A DNA stretch of 64,000 bases from an uncultured Nitrososphaerota archaeon (GCA_963799845.1 CAWCYI010000004.1:896001-960000), one strand, 5' to 3'. Shown: positions 10,133-21,049, counted from the first letter of the stretch. Numbers and translations are program-made. The notes: generated from the letters alone by a model not told the origin.

Positions 10133-11145
10133 CTAATTAAATTCCCCCACTGACGGAGTTTTGTCCAAAAAGCCGTTTTTCGCCATCCACTCGTCGTTGT
10201 AGACGGTCGAGAGATATCTCTCACCAGTATCTGGTAAAATGACTACGATGTTATCATTTAAACGAAATCTTGGTGCAATCTTGAGGGCAGCGAAAACGGC
10301 TGCTCCCGAAGAATCCCCGGCAAGTATACCCTCTTCCCTTGCGAGTCGTCTCGCTGTAAGAAAAGCATCCTTGTCTGAAACAGTCACCCATTCATCCACA
10401 ACGTTTGGCCAAAGAGTCTTCGGAATAAAGTCATAACCGATACCCTCAACTTTGTACGGATGATCTACCCCTCCAGAAAGAACAGAACCTTCCGGATCGA
10501 CACCGATAATTCTTATTCCTGGAGCGAGCTTTTCAGCTGGGTACCAGCACCGCTGATAGTCCCTCCCGTGCCGACGCCTGCAATCAGCGCAGAAATTTTC
10601 TTCCCCTTCAATTGATTGAAAATTTCATAACCCGTCTTCAAATGGGCTCGGGTGTTGGCTTGATTGTTAGTCTGATCCAGGAATACCGCATTTGGTCTCT
10701 CTCTAACTATTCTTTTGGCTACTTCGGAATAACTGTTCGGATCAGAGTGAGGGAGGTTCGGAGTAACGATTACTTCGGCCCCGTATGCCCTAAGAAGTGT
10801 TTTCTTCTCGGCGCTCATTTTGTCGGGAATCGTGATCACAAGCTTGTAGCCTCTGGATGCACAAAGTGAAGCAAGTCCGATCCCCGTGTTTCCGGAAGTC
10901 GCCTCAACGACCGTGCTCTCCCCGGGTTTCAATATACCAAGCTGCTCGGCATCCTCAATCATTGCAAGGGCGCAACGATCTTTTACACTCCCGCCCAAAT
11001 TCTTCAATTCAAGTTTGGCATAAACCGTGGCTTCTACTTGATTTGGAATAATTCGATTCAGCTTGACTATTGGAGTATTTCCGATGTTCTCTGCCAGAGA
11101 GTTGCTCCTCGACACGTTCGAAATAGTTTCCTGCTGCGTGGTCAA
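10133..11145 (-). CDS. Cystathionine beta-synthase / cysteine synthase family; one base missing in an A-run at ~10530
   Basis: IGNTP, GGSVKDR, EATSGNTG, GVGTGGT; continues IIGVDPEGS...VEGIG...ARRLAREEG...PDTGERYLS in a shifted frame. Confidence 0.88.
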
Positions 11146-11302
11146 TTCGAATTACGACCAGTTTCCAAAAGCAGTAGTTGAATTAGATTGAAAGCTATAT
11201 TCCTTTAAGAATATATTAAAGCAAAAATATTCTTGCAATACACGTGGTAGAATTTCAGAATTGGATTCTTGCTTCGATGAACTAGCCATCACTAGACTCC
11301 GA

Positions 11303-12172
11303 TCATTCGGGCTTTGTAGTATTTCTGAGTACCCCGATTCCCTCGATCTTCGCTTCGAGAACATCGCCTACCTTAAGAAAGGGGGCTCCCGAGAATGCGG
11401 CAACACCAAGGGGTGTTCCCGTTGAAATGATGTCGGCAGGGAGAAGTGTTACCCCAGCAGATACGTATTCGATGAGATCATCAATCTTGAACACCATTTC
11501 GCCTATCTTGGATTTCTGTCGTTCAATCCCGTTGACTGAGAGCGAGATTTCAGACGAATATGGATCGGTTAACTCGTCTTTAGTGACTAACCACGGTCCC
11601 AGAGGGAAGGCAGTATCCAGTCCCTTGCCTTTGACCCAGTTTTGTCCCAAGTAATTTTGCTGGGCCGGTTTCTGTAGATCTCTGAAACTGATGTCGTTAG
11701 AAATAGTGTAACCAGCAACGTAGTCGATTGCCCGTTCCTTCGAAATATTCTTGCCACGCTTTCCAATCACAACGGCGAGCTCGACTTCCCAATCAACCTC
11801 TTTTGAGATCTTCGGAAGCAAGATTGAATCTTCGGGGCCGATCAAAGCGTTGTGAAACTTTGTAAAGAAATAGGGTTCCGTCGGAGGACTGACGTTATAC
11901 TCCTTTCCGTGGGAAACGTAGTTCACGGCCGCGCAGTATATCTTCTCAGGATGGAGAACTGGACTCGTGAGCTTTACGGATTCTATTGGTAGTCCTTCCT
12001 TGCGTGTAATTTCTGATAGCTTATCGTGTACAAATCCAATGGAATCGCTCGACAAGATTTGATCGACGCTCTGGAATAGAGTTCCAGAGTGGTCGCTAAT
12101 TGGAAATATTTTGGAGTCCCAGACCAGTCCGGCTCCAGTCAAGGAGTTAACAATGTAATTTGCGAGTTTCAA
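11303..12172 (-). CDS. Fumarylacetoacetate hydrolase family protein
   Basis: NYVSH, DWEVELAVVIG, NDISFRD, GKGLDT, TGTP.GV. Confidence 0.92.
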   Translation of the reverse strand: MKLANYIVNSLTGAGLVWDSKIFPISDHSGTLFQSVDQILSSDSIGFVHDKLSEITRKEGLPIESVKLTSPVLHPEKIYCAAVNYVSHGKEYNVSPPTEPYFFTKFHNALIGPEDSILLPKISKEVDWEVELAVVIGKRGKNISKERAIDYVAGYTISNDISFRDLQKPAQQNYLGQNWVKGKGLDTAFPLGPWLVTKDELTDPYSSEISLSVNGIERQKSKIGEMVFKIDDLIEYVSAGVTLLPADIISTGTPLGVAAFSGAPFLKVGDVLEAKIEGIGVLRNTTKPE

Positions 12173-12315
12173 TTAAGCCAAGTCTCCGGATTCTCGTTGT
12201 TGCGCTCAAAAGTGTTTTTGTCTTGATTCGCGGGATCATGTTAGAGTTTTATTCGATCAGTCACTTTCGGATAAGCTTGTAAGGAAGTAAAATTCTGGGA
12301 AATATTCGATATGTC

Positions 12316-13212
12316 ATGAGCAAACCGACCGAACATATTGGATTTATTGGGCTGGGAATAATGGGAAAGCAGATGGCGTCGAACCTGATGCGGCGGGGTT
12401 ACCAGTTGACGGTTTTCAACAGGAGCAAGAAATCTGTGAGTGAGCTTCAATTGCAGGGTGCGAGCGCCGCAAATAGCCCTCAGGATGTCGCGAGCAAGTC
12501 AGACATTGTTATTGACATGGTGACCGACGCGCCGGATGTGGAACAGGTTCTCCTCGGTGAAAATGGTGTACTCTCCGGTTCCAAGGAGGGACTGGTGGTC
12601 ATTGATATGAGTACGAATTCGCCCCAGATGGCCCAGTCTATTTTTACCAGACTAGAAAAAAGTGGGGTCGAGTTTCTGGATGCTCCTGTCACGGGCGGCG
12701 ACAAGGGGGCCAGGGAGGCAACACTGACAATCATGGTCGGTGGGAAGAGGGAAGTCTTCGATCGGTGCAAGCCGGTTTTTGATGCGATGGGCAAGGAGAT
12801 CGTGTACATGGGAAGTTCCGGATCTGGGCAAGCCATGAAGCTCTGCAACCAGACGGCCGTTGCGATTCATACCCTTGCAACTTGCGAATCTCTTTTGCTC
12901 GGTTCCTCGGCAGGGCTGGACTTGAAAGATGTGCTCAGGGTGCTGACCTCCGGCGCTGCTAATTCGTGGAATCTTACCAATCTGGGGCCGAAGGTGGTGC
13001 AGAGGGATTACGAGCCCGGATTCAAGGCAGCCCACCTGCTGAAGGATCTTCGCTACGTAATTCAGCTCTCGGAGAAAAATCACCTGACATTACCTGGAAG
13101 CTCCACAGTTTACCAGCTGTTCAACTCGATAATGGCTGAAGACCAGGGAGAAAAGGGGACGCAAATCCTCGCGAAAGTACTTGAGAAACTCGCCGCGCGC
13201 GAAATCAAGTAA
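12316..13212 (+). CDS. NAD-dependent beta-hydroxyacid dehydrogenase (3-hydroxyisobutyrate / tartronate semialdehyde reductase family)
   Basis: GFIGLGIMG, DAPVTGG, GSGQAMKLCNQ, KDL. Confidence 0.92.
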   Translation: MSKPTEHIGFIGLGIMGKQMASNLMRRGYQLTVFNRSKKSVSELQLQGASAANSPQDVASKSDIVIDMVTDAPDVEQVLLGENGVLSGSKEGLVVIDMSTNSPQMAQSIFTRLEKSGVEFLDAPVTGGDKGAREATLTIMVGGKREVFDRCKPVFDAMGKEIVYMGSSGSGQAMKLCNQTAVAIHTLATCESLLLGSSAGLDLKDVLRVLTSGAANSWNLTNLGPKVVQRDYEPGFKAAHLLKDLRYVIQLSEKNHLTLPGSSTVYQLFNSIMAEDQGEKGTQILAKVLEKLAAREIK

Positions 13213-13312
13213 ACCTGATGCAAAATATCAATCCTCTTTACATTCCCAAATCTGTACGGGCTAGTCGCCATCATAATATATTCGCGGGATTATTGTCTGG
13301 AGCGGACTAAAT

Positions 13313-14318
13313 TTGGCTCTTGGAGTAGATGTCATCGGGTTCGGAGCGATTGGAAGAGAATTGGCAAAGAGAGTTGCGAGCGACGAGGCGCTGAAAAAAT
13401 CGTTCGTAATTTCGTCAATCACAGATTCCAGCGGTACGGTATATCCCAAGACGCCGTCGGATGTTTTGAAAGCTGTCGAGTGGAAATCTGGCGCCCCGGG
13501 GAAAAGTCTTGACGCGTCTGGAGTCGATAAAAAATCTGGAAAGGGCGCGCAGATAGCCGTCGATGTCACGACCAGCGATTACAAGAAATCAGAGGAGGCA
13601 AAGAAGCGAGCTGACTGAAATTCTGGACTCCGGCAGGCATTTCGTAACAGCCAACAAGGTGGCGCTGGCCTACTATTGTCCTGAGATTTTTGAGCTCGCG
13701 AGGAAAAAGAAGCTAGTAGTTGGATATGGCGCGACTATCTGTGGAGGGGTGCATGCGATAAGCGTGGCAAAGAGGATTTCGAGAGCAGAGATCCAGTCTG
13801 CGAGCGCGGTCTTGAATGCCTCCACCACCATGATACTCTCCATGCTTGAAGATGATCACTCGCTCACTTTTGATGACGCGTGCAAAAAAGCCGCGGAGAC
13901 GGGGGTGCTAGAGAAAGACTGGAGCGTTGATCTAGACGGCATCGATGCTGGTGCGAAGAGTGCGATACTTGCGAACGTGCTTTTTCCAGAATCAAAGTAC
14001 TCGCTGGGTGACGTCGCGATCAGGGGAATCAGGGATGACAAGGCTCAGGCGGTTATAAGGTTCGTCACCCAGAAGAAGAACTCAGACGAGAGGGTCAGGC
14101 TCGTCTCCGAGATCACGAGAGAGGGTATCTCGGTAGAGCCGAGGACCGTGCAGAAAGATTCACCCCTCGCAGTAAGCGGCGGTTTCAACATTGTCTTGTT
14201 CAACACGAAAACCCTGGGTGAAATATCCGTCCGTAATTTAGGCGCGGGTGTTGAGCTGACTGCTTCGGTAATCATTTCAGATCTCAAAAACATAGAAAAC
14301 TTTGAGAAAAGGAGTTAG
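13313..14318 (+). CDS. hom: Homoserine dehydrogenase; +1 indel near 13607
   Basis: GFGAIG; then VTANK, ATICGG, VLNAST, D.S.DLDG.DAGAK, GAG.E.TAS.IISDL in the second frame. Confidence 0.82.
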
Positions 14319-14324
14319 TTTGAA

Positions 14325-15032
14325 TCAATTTGATGTTGTGACCTCGATCTCTCCAGTCATGAAAGGATGATACTTGCAGTAATAGTTGTACTCACCGCTC
14401 TGCGGAAAAGAGAAATTCCAAGCTTCATACTGACTGAGAGTTGGAGAAACCATCGAGATACCGCTTGAGAAATCAACATCGTGCGATCCGTCGTCGGTCG
14501 GGCTGAGTATTCCGTTCAACCGTAACCAAGTCACTGTTGAGCCTTCAGTGACGGTGAGGTTTTGAGGAATGAAACTCGTACCTACCGTAACTATGAGATA
14601 TTTTACAACTTTGATCGAGACGCTCTGCATGTAATTAGATTCTCCGTTTGAGGCTTCAATTGTAATCGAGTAGCTTCCGGGCAGAGTTGTATTGAGCGCT
14701 TTCAGCTGGAGCATAACGGCCATTGGAGTAGCGCTGGAAACCACGAGCGGTAAAAATCTAGCGGTAAGTCCTTGTGGTGTCGAGGCACTAAAGGTGAAGT
14801 TTCCTGAAACACCTGCCGGCGGATTGAAAATTACTGAATAGTTGATTGATTGAAGGTCGGATGATGCAAGAAGAGCTCCGGGGAATGATAGCTCTAGAAC
14901 CGCTGAAGGTTCTTTCGTTTGGGTTTTGGTTCCAAAAGGATTCAGGAAAATGAGCGATACGCCAATCGCGAATACTACGATGAGAATACACAAGACCAGG
15001 GCAGTCGATAATCCGGATTGGATTTTCCGCAA
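14325..15032 (-). CDS. Membrane-anchored cupredoxin (plastocyanin/halocyanin-like C-terminal domain)
   Basis: N-terminal TM, Ig-like spacer, F.PQ.LTV..G.TVTW, HDV, YYCKYHPFM type-1 copper ligands. Confidence 0.85.
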   Translation of the reverse strand: MRKIQSGLSTALVLCILIVVFAIGVSLIFLNPFGTKTQTKEPSAVLELSFPGALLASSDLQSINYSVIFNPPAGVSGNFTFSASTPQGLTARFLPLVVSSATPMAVMLQLKALNTTLPGSYSITIEASNGESNYMQSVSIKVVKYLIVTVGTSFIPQNLTVTEGSTVTWLRLNGILSPTDDGSHDVDFSSGISMVSPTLSQYEAWNFSFPQSGEYNYYCKYHPFMTGEIEVTTSN

Positions 15033-15218
15033 ATGCCCTTTCTAATTGACAAGCCTTAGAATCTGAGCTAATAATAACTGCTTTTCCAGTGATGTTGGAA
15101 CGGCTGCCTGCATCAACTATCTCCATATCTTGTTAACGAATGTATTGAATTCTTCTGAAAATACTACCTCGAAATCCTTAAGGAATGCGCTAAACCTGCA
15201 TTAATCTTGGAATCCTGA

Positions 15219-16217
15219 ATGAGCGAGAAACTGATAATAGCGTCATTTTCAGGCGCTGGCAGCATCCCCAATCTCTCAAGAGAGGGTAAGCCGCGGGACA
15301 AGGGCCTGACCTTTGCAGTTGATGATTTGAAGCTTCTCGATAGGGATTACTTTTTGCAAACTGCCGAATACATCGACTGGATCAAGATCGGCCAAAGCCT
15401 TCCTTTGCTTCTCGATCGCTCGAAACTGATTGAGAGGATACGATTCTTTCACGACTCTGGAATGAAGGTGCAGAGCGGCGGGACGCTAGTACAAGTTGCG
15501 TACAAGAAGAAGATTCTGCCACAGGTACTGGAGCGCCTGAGAGCGTTGGGATTTGACACTGTCGAAATTAGTGAATCCGCAACCGACATCCCGCGGGAAG
15601 CTAAAGAGGAAATCTTGAACCTAATTAGAAAACTCTCCATGGATTATGTCTTCGAAGTCGGGAAAAAAGATCCGGCAAGACCACAGTCAGTCTCTTACCT
15701 GATATCCAAGGTAGAAGAGGCGATCGAGCTGAAGAGCCCTAAGGTGATCATCGAAGCAGGTAACGGGATGGGAGTCGGCATATTTGATTTGCAGGGAGAG
15801 ATCGTCTGGGACAGTCTAAACGAAATTGTCGGACGATTCGGTCCTCCCAGCTTGGTGTTCGAGGCACCGCTTGAGTCCCAGAGGATTGCGCTGACATTGG
15901 AGTTTGGTCCCAACGTGAACCTCGCCGGGATTCTTGTGAATAACGTTACCACGCTCGAGATGCAGCGGCTCGGCCTAACAGCGGAAACGCTCGGAGTCTC
16001 CCCTCCTGTTCAGAGCGTTCAGGGATCTCCAGCTTCAAAGTTCGTGTACCACCTCATAAAATCGGAGCACCCCATCGACCAGCAGGCATTGATCCAGAAG
16101 TCCGGTCTTCCAAAGAGGACGCTTCAGGCAGCTTTGAGATACTTAGTCGAGGGTGGATTCGTCCGCGAAGTTCCCGACATGTCTGACCTGCGCAGACACA
16201 AGTACACCCCGAAGTAG
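15219..16217 (+). CDS. comA: Phosphosulfolactate synthase (ComA)-like TIM barrel fused to a C-terminal winged HTH
   Basis: KPRDKGLT, YIDWIK, GGTL, VEIS, EVGKK, FEAP, FGPNVNL; C-terminal SGLPKRTLQAALRYLVEGGFVRE. Confidence 0.8.
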   Translation: MSEKLIIASFSGAGSIPNLSREGKPRDKGLTFAVDDLKLLDRDYFLQTAEYIDWIKIGQSLPLLLDRSKLIERIRFFHDSGMKVQSGGTLVQVAYKKKILPQVLERLRALGFDTVEISESATDIPREAKEEILNLIRKLSMDYVFEVGKKDPARPQSVSYLISKVEEAIELKSPKVIIEAGNGMGVGIFDLQGEIVWDSLNEIVGRFGPPSLVFEAPLESQRIALTLEFGPNVNLAGILVNNVTTLEMQRLGLTAETLGVSPPVQSVQGSPASKFVYHLIKSEHPIDQQALIQKSGLPKRTLQAALRYLVEGGFVREVPDMSDLRRHKYTPK

Positions 16218-16269
16218 CACTTAACGAAAGCAAATGTGAAAAGGAGTAGACAGTTCTCTATTCGATATC

Positions 16270-16788
16270 ATGTCATTCAATGTTGTGAGAAAAAAAGCAC
16301 AGTTTTATCCCGGAGACGCTCCTCCCGCTTCAATTTGCCTGTCCTCGTTTGCCGTCGTGCGCCACGGGAAGGAGATACTCGCTGGACGGATGGATCGACT
16401 GGACATCTGGCTCGATAGATTTTACGTCAGCCCGACGAACGGGCCGAGCTTTCTCGCGAGCGGAAAATTACTAATCCCGGCATCCCACCTCTTGTGGTAC
16501 GAATCACCGCTTGACGCCGCCGAGAGAGTATTGAAGGAGCAAGCTCTCCTTGATGTACCCAAGGAAAAATTGAAGCTCGTGGATGCGCAGTCGCACCTGA
16601 GACCGTCGCCGGTAGATCCATCAGTGCCACACTGGGACATTTGTTTTGTTTATTCGGTCGAGCTCCCCGCAGGCGAGTTCAAGCAACCAGAATGGTTCAA
16701 AGATTTCGGGTTCAAGTCCAACCTGAGAGCAGACGATTTTACCAGAGGGCACGGCGACGTCCTCGAAGAAGCTGGACTGCTGGGCTAA
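16270..16788 (+). CDS. NUDIX-like hydrolase
   Basis: Degenerate Nudix box (PASHL..YESP.DAA.RVL.EQ), HWDICFVY. Confidence 0.6.
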   Translation: MSFNVVRKKAQFYPGDAPPASICLSSFAVVRHGKEILAGRMDRLDIWLDRFYVSPTNGPSFLASGKLLIPASHLLWYESPLDAAERVLKEQALLDVPKEKLKLVDAQSHLRPSPVDPSVPHWDICFVYSVELPAGEFKQPEWFKDFGFKSNLRADDFTRGHGDVLEEAGLLG

Positions 16789-16856
16789 TTAATCGCAACT
16801 ATTGATGCCGCGCAAAGAATAATCAAATTAAGGCAGGGAATTGCGACGGATCTGAA

Positions 16857-17819
16857 ATGAAATCCGCTACAGACTGGTTGCTAGAGGAAGACCAGCCCTC
16901 GATAAGATCTCTCGCGCTCACTCAACTTCTGGAAAAACCTGAACATGATCACGAGGTTAAAACCGCAAAAGAACAGATGACTGAAAGAGGGTGGGCGGCT
17001 GATATCCTTGCAAACCAGGATCCAGAAGGATATTGGGTCAGCAAAGAGAGTCTCTACAAGCCAAAGTATCTGTCAACCAACTGGATGCTTTTGATCCTTT
17101 CTGATCTTGGAGTGACGAAAAAAGATCCTAGAATCGCGAAAGCATGCGAACTCTGGATCAAGGCATTCTCGAAACCGGACGGCGGGTTTGCGATGGAGAG
17201 CTCAAAGGTAGGCCACCTTTGTACCGCCGGCAATACCGCGAGAGCTCTCGTGAAATTCGGGTACGTTGATCATCCCAAGGTGAAGAGCTGCTTTGAATGG
17301 TTTGTGAAAACTCAGGCGAAGCTCGGCGGCTGGTCGTGCTTTGGCAGCGGGCGAAACCTCGATTCCTGGGAAGCGATGAGCGCGTTTGCGGTCTACCCGC
17401 GAGAAAAGTGGACGAAGGGAATGGAGGAGGCCGTTGAGAAAGCCGCGGAGTTTTACCTTGAACGAGAAATGCACATTCAGGGCGACCATTACGAGCCGTG
17501 GTACCGTTTTCACTACCCGGTTCACTATTACTACGACCTGCTTGTTGGACTGGAGTTTATGACGGCGCTTGGATACGGTCGCGACAAGAGACTTCGTCAC
17601 GCGATCGACGTCCTGAAGAAAAAGAAGAGAAAGGATGGCCGATGGAACCTGGACGCTGTTCATCCCGATGTCGAGGGCGGCATCGGCGAATTTTATGCAA
17701 AACACCCGAAGCAGGCGCCTACTCATTTCGCGCTGGAAGAGGTCGGGAAGCCGAGCAAGATGATCACTTTACGCGGCATGATTATAATGAAGAGGCTCGG
17801 GGAAAGTTATCGAGACTGA
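16857..17819 (+). CDS. Prenyltransferase/squalene-cyclase repeat (alpha-alpha barrel) protein
   Basis: WLLE..PSIR, Q..DG.W-type repeats, LYKPKY.ST.W, YP..Y.YDLL, GKPSK..T. Confidence 0.75.
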   Translation: MKSATDWLLEEDQPSIRSLALTQLLEKPEHDHEVKTAKEQMTERGWAADILANQDPEGYWVSKESLYKPKYLSTNWMLLILSDLGVTKKDPRIAKACELWIKAFSKPDGGFAMESSKVGHLCTAGNTARALVKFGYVDHPKVKSCFEWFVKTQAKLGGWSCFGSGRNLDSWEAMSAFAVYPREKWTKGMEEAVEKAAEFYLEREMHIQGDHYEPWYRFHYPVHYYYDLLVGLEFMTALGYGRDKRLRHAIDVLKKKKRKDGRWNLDAVHPDVEGGIGEFYAKHPKQAPTHFALEEVGKPSKMITLRGMIIMKRLGESYRD

Positions 17820-18289
17820 GACGGTAAACGGGAACTGAACTCCGAGGTCCTCTTCTTGAGAGCTCTGAGCTTGCGACTTTCCATTGTTTTTTTCAGGTGA
17901 TGCGCCCTGCATATCGACTGGGTGTTGCTGAGGTCGAACTCTGCACCACCGTCCGCAATCTCGATGATATGGTCAACTTCCCTCGTCCAGGTTCTGCGAC
18001 CCTCCTTCAAGCACGGGACGCAGAGAAAGTGATCCCGCCGGAGCGCGCGCCACCTAGTTGATGCCCACGAGTTTGTGATGTACCTGTACTTTATTTTGAA
18101 TTGTCTCCGACATTTACTGCCGCAGTAAATCCTGCGCAGGTCGTGGAGATCTTTCTGGCAGTACGCGCACTTGTTGTCGATATGAGCCTGCAGCCTCCCC
18201 TCGTTGTACTGGCTGAGTTTCTCCCCATCGACCGTGAAACGTTCTCGCACTGGAGCCAAGTAAACAGTCCTGCATTTCCCTTTTCGCAT
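17807..18289 (-). CDS. HNH endonuclease with zinc-finger motifs
   Basis: CAYC...YCGSKC, RRDHFLCVPC, EVDHIIEIADGG...N.QSICRAHH.KKT. Confidence 0.85.
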   Translation of the reverse strand: MRKGKCRTVYLAPVRERFTVDGEKLSQYNEGRLQAHIDNKCAYCQKDLHDLRRIYCGSKCRRQFKIKYRYITNSWASTRWRALRRDHFLCVPCLKEGRRTWTREVDHIIEIADGGAEFDLSNTQSICRAHHLKKTMESRKLRALKKRTSEFSSRLPSQSR

Positions 18290-18397
18290 TAATATTTTTG
18301 GCACGAAATAGAGTAGATAGGATCCCGTTGAGTTTCCACATTGCATCTTTGGAAAAAGTTTATCACGTGATATCCCGTCCAAGGCGCTCGAAGCTTT

Positions 18398-18850
18398 TTG
18401 GCAAACTCATCCGTTCAGACTATTCGCGTCTCAAAGACGATTAACGCTCCCATGAAATATGTTTTCAATTGGTGCACAGATTTTAGGGAAGACGATCCGG
18501 GATTGACAGGATCCAAGAGTCGGAGGAAGATTTTGGAAAAGACGAAGAAGAGGGCGGTCTATGCTTCCCTGTATACCGGAGACGACGGTAGTCCCAAGAT
18601 CGGCGTCAACATTGTCACTCTGAAATCTCCCGTTTCATGGCACTTGGAGTACTTTGGAGATGATGATAATGAAATCGGGGATTACAAGCTTGTGAGTCTC
18701 GGCAAGAACAAGACGAAGCTCAACATGGTCTTCAAAGAAAAGTGGAAAACCCAAACAATCCCGACTATCGAAGAACAAGTCGAATCGACCGACAAAGTCT
18801 GGGACCAGTACGTCATAGCGCTGGAAAAAGATTACAATTCTGGCAATTGA
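18398..18850 (+). CDS. SRPBCC/START-like protein
   Basis: VSKTINAP.KYVF.WCTD N-terminus, C-terminal helix WDQYVIALE. Confidence 0.6.
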   Translation: MANSSVQTIRVSKTINAPMKYVFNWCTDFREDDPGLTGSKSRRKILEKTKKRAVYASLYTGDDGSPKIGVNIVTLKSPVSWHLEYFGDDDNEIGDYKLVSLGKNKTKLNMVFKEKWKTQTIPTIEEQVESTDKVWDQYVIALEKDYNSGN

Positions 18851-19101
18851 CGGCGGGAGTTTCTCGTTCGTCCAGCCATGAAGAGCGCATTACGTCGAAT
18901 GAAAGCGCTCTAAACTGGATATATCGTGAAACGAACTTTAGATCATTCTTGCCGATTTCAATAACACCTAAAAAGGCGTAGTGTGGAAAGTGACTTTCAA
19001 GCCTATATTCAAGAACGGCTAATCGTCTACCAAGAACTCGCGAATAGCTCTGCGAACCTGAAATTCATTCTCGCAGAGCTTGCCTGATCTCACCGGCTCT
19101 T

Positions 19102-19659
19102 TTGAAAAAAAATCAAAGTGAATCAAAATTGGCAATAGACACGCTAGTATTTCGAGACGATGGAAAGTCCTCATACGTTGAGAACCCGAAGCTGGATGGA
19201 GTAAAATTCTGTAGGCACTGTCGCGTCTGGCACCAGAAGCTGTCTCTGGAATCCGGCACGAAATTCTGCGCTTTCTGCTATACTACTCATCACTCGCGGG
19301 CATGCAGAGCCGGGCTGGGAGAAAAGTGTCCTGACCCCTCGATAGATCCAATATATGGATTCCTCAACGACGAATGCTCCAAGAATCAAAAGTTCGACCT
19401 GAGTTTCTGCAAAGAGTGCAACTGCTTTCATTCAAAGCAGGGGTGGAAGCTATGTCTGGAACAAAACAGGCCAAAGTCTTCGTGGAATCAGAGCAGGTAC
19501 ACAGTCTGGAAGATGAGGTGGGATATCTGCACGTCGGATGAATCTACCTCTTCGATCAAGAGAGAGCGCAGTCTGTTCAACATTTCGGAACTGATGATGA
19601 TCGTCCCCTACGAGTATCCATATACGAATGGGAAGTTCGTTCATCACTGCAACGTCTAA
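19102..19659 (+). CDS. Cys/His-rich hypothetical protein with repeated FCxxCxxxH motifs
   Basis: FCRHCRVWH, FCAFCYTTH, FCKECNCFH. Confidence 0.5.
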   Translation: MKKNQSESKLAIDTLVFRDDGKSSYVENPKLDGVKFCRHCRVWHQKLSLESGTKFCAFCYTTHHSRACRAGLGEKCPDPSIDPIYGFLNDECSKNQKFDLSFCKECNCFHSKQGWKLCLEQNRPKSSWNQSRYTVWKMRWDICTSDESTSSIKRERSLFNISELMMIVPYEYPYTNGKFVHHCNV

Positions 19660-19856
19660 TTCAGCTTGCCTTTAGCGAGGCCCTCAAGATTGGCGTGCTT
19701 ATTGGAACCCTACTTGTCAATCTAGATATTCCTCGGTACAAGATCAGTCAATTCGTATGTCAAGGGTTTCTATCTGACTGTTGACTGCATCAAAACCCAT
19801 AAAGTTCACCCTGAGTGAGTCCGTCTTATAACTCTCCGATTACTCCTGAATAGGAG

Positions 19857-20351
19857 ATGACAAAATCTGGAGACAAGAAAGTTTGGTTACTTGTGGCGAT
19901 AACGATTGCCATAGTAATTCAGGTAACCGTACTATCGGAATTTCGTTCTGTATCTGAGGGAGGTTATGCAACTGGCCTGTCCGTTGTAGATATTACAAAA
20001 CAGAATTATGTTTACGCCAGGTTGATTGTATCTGTCACTCCTTCAGCAAACACGTCAATCGTGATCTTCCCCAACGGAACACAAACCAGTGTGCCTGCAT
20101 TTCAAACGGAATCATTCACAATCGTGATGCCAAGAACGGGCGACATCTTCGGGAACGGCGCAGCAGCAGTAAATGGATTGAGCATTTCTGAATCACAACC
20201 GATTGCGGCGGCCGTAATGTCAAACTATACTTCTCCATCAGGAAACCTCAACCTTTCATCGCTCACCAACATTCCCAATGTCGATGTGTACCTTTTGATC
20301 ATCAAGGGCTATGCCGACGTAGGTATTCAGGGGTACGCGATCGCAATATGA
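19857..20351 (+). CDS. Membrane-anchored hypothetical protein
   Basis: GGAG before ATG, N-terminal TM, ATGA overlap with next gene. Confidence 0.7.
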   Translation: MTKSGDKKVWLLVAITIAIVIQVTVLSEFRSVSEGGYATGLSVVDITKQNYVYARLIVSVTPSANTSIVIFPNGTQTSVPAFQTESFTIVMPRTGDIFGNGAAAVNGLSISESQPIAAAVMSNYTSPSGNLNLSSLTNIPNVDVYLLIIKGYADVGIQGYAIAI

Positions 20352-21049
20352 TAACAGAAAATGCTACGGATCGCACCGGATTGAAGAAGAAGATTGAAGA
20401 GCTTATGGCCGCCCTAGATCAGGTGAAAAAATACAGGGAACTCTCTCGATCGGTAATAGACCTTGTCCTAATTATCGGACTCTCTTTTGTGGTTGCGTTG
20501 TTTGTCTTGATTTCGGAAAACTTGTTTCTCTTGTTTTTCGGAAATCCAGCTTCCTCATACAACATTGAAGTTCCGACAATTTTCATTTCTGGAGGAATCA
20601 TCCTAGCAGGGATAATTGTCGCGACACTCTCAATCAACAGGCGCGTGGATAGGGTGAAAATCGGAGAATGGAGGAGTGCTATCCCCGAGAATCAGGAAGT
20701 TTCGGGCACTTTCGCACTTCTTTCAAACATTGACTGGGATTCGACGTTCAAAGATATTCAAATCTCAAAGATTGGATTTGTTGTCTATGGAGCGCTCAAA
20801 GTAGCCGGCTATTGGCTGTTCACCTTCTTCTTGCTGGAAATTCTGAACATCTTGTTCATTTCTGGGTTGATCCATGCTACAATCGGAGCTGCGTATCTGG
20901 GAATACTGGCGCTTGTTGTGGTATTAGCAGGGAGTTGGGGTGATCTAAAGTTTCGATACTTGCAGTCATGGTCGCTTGACTCGCTACTATGGGAGTTGCG
21001 GTGGTTTGACAGTGAATTCAGGAGAGAAGGGTCCAACTTCGAGGCCTGA
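20348..21049 (+). CDS. Four-TM membrane protein
   Basis: Four hydrophobic segments, C-terminal LLWELRWF; coupled to both neighbours. Confidence 0.7.
   Translation: MITENATDRTGLKKKIEELMAALDQVKKYRELSRSVIDLVLIIGLSFVVALFVLISENLFLLFFGNPASSYNIEVPTIFISGGIILAGIIVATLSINRRVDRVKIGEWRSAIPENQEVSGTFALLSNIDWDSTFKDIQISKIGFVVYGALKVAGYWLFTFFLLEILNILFISGLIHATIGAAYLGILALVVVLAGSWGDLKFRYLQSWSLDSLLWELRWFDSEFRREGSNFEA

Noticed and set aside
10513-13620. Programmed frameshifting in the cysteine synthase-family and hom genes
   Set aside because: No slippery heptamer or stimulator seen; the window-wide indel rate explains them.
15219-16217. Coenzyme M biosynthesis or methanogenesis inferred from comA
   Set aside because: No other com or mcr genes in the window, motifs are divergent, and ComA homologues occur widely in non-methanogens.
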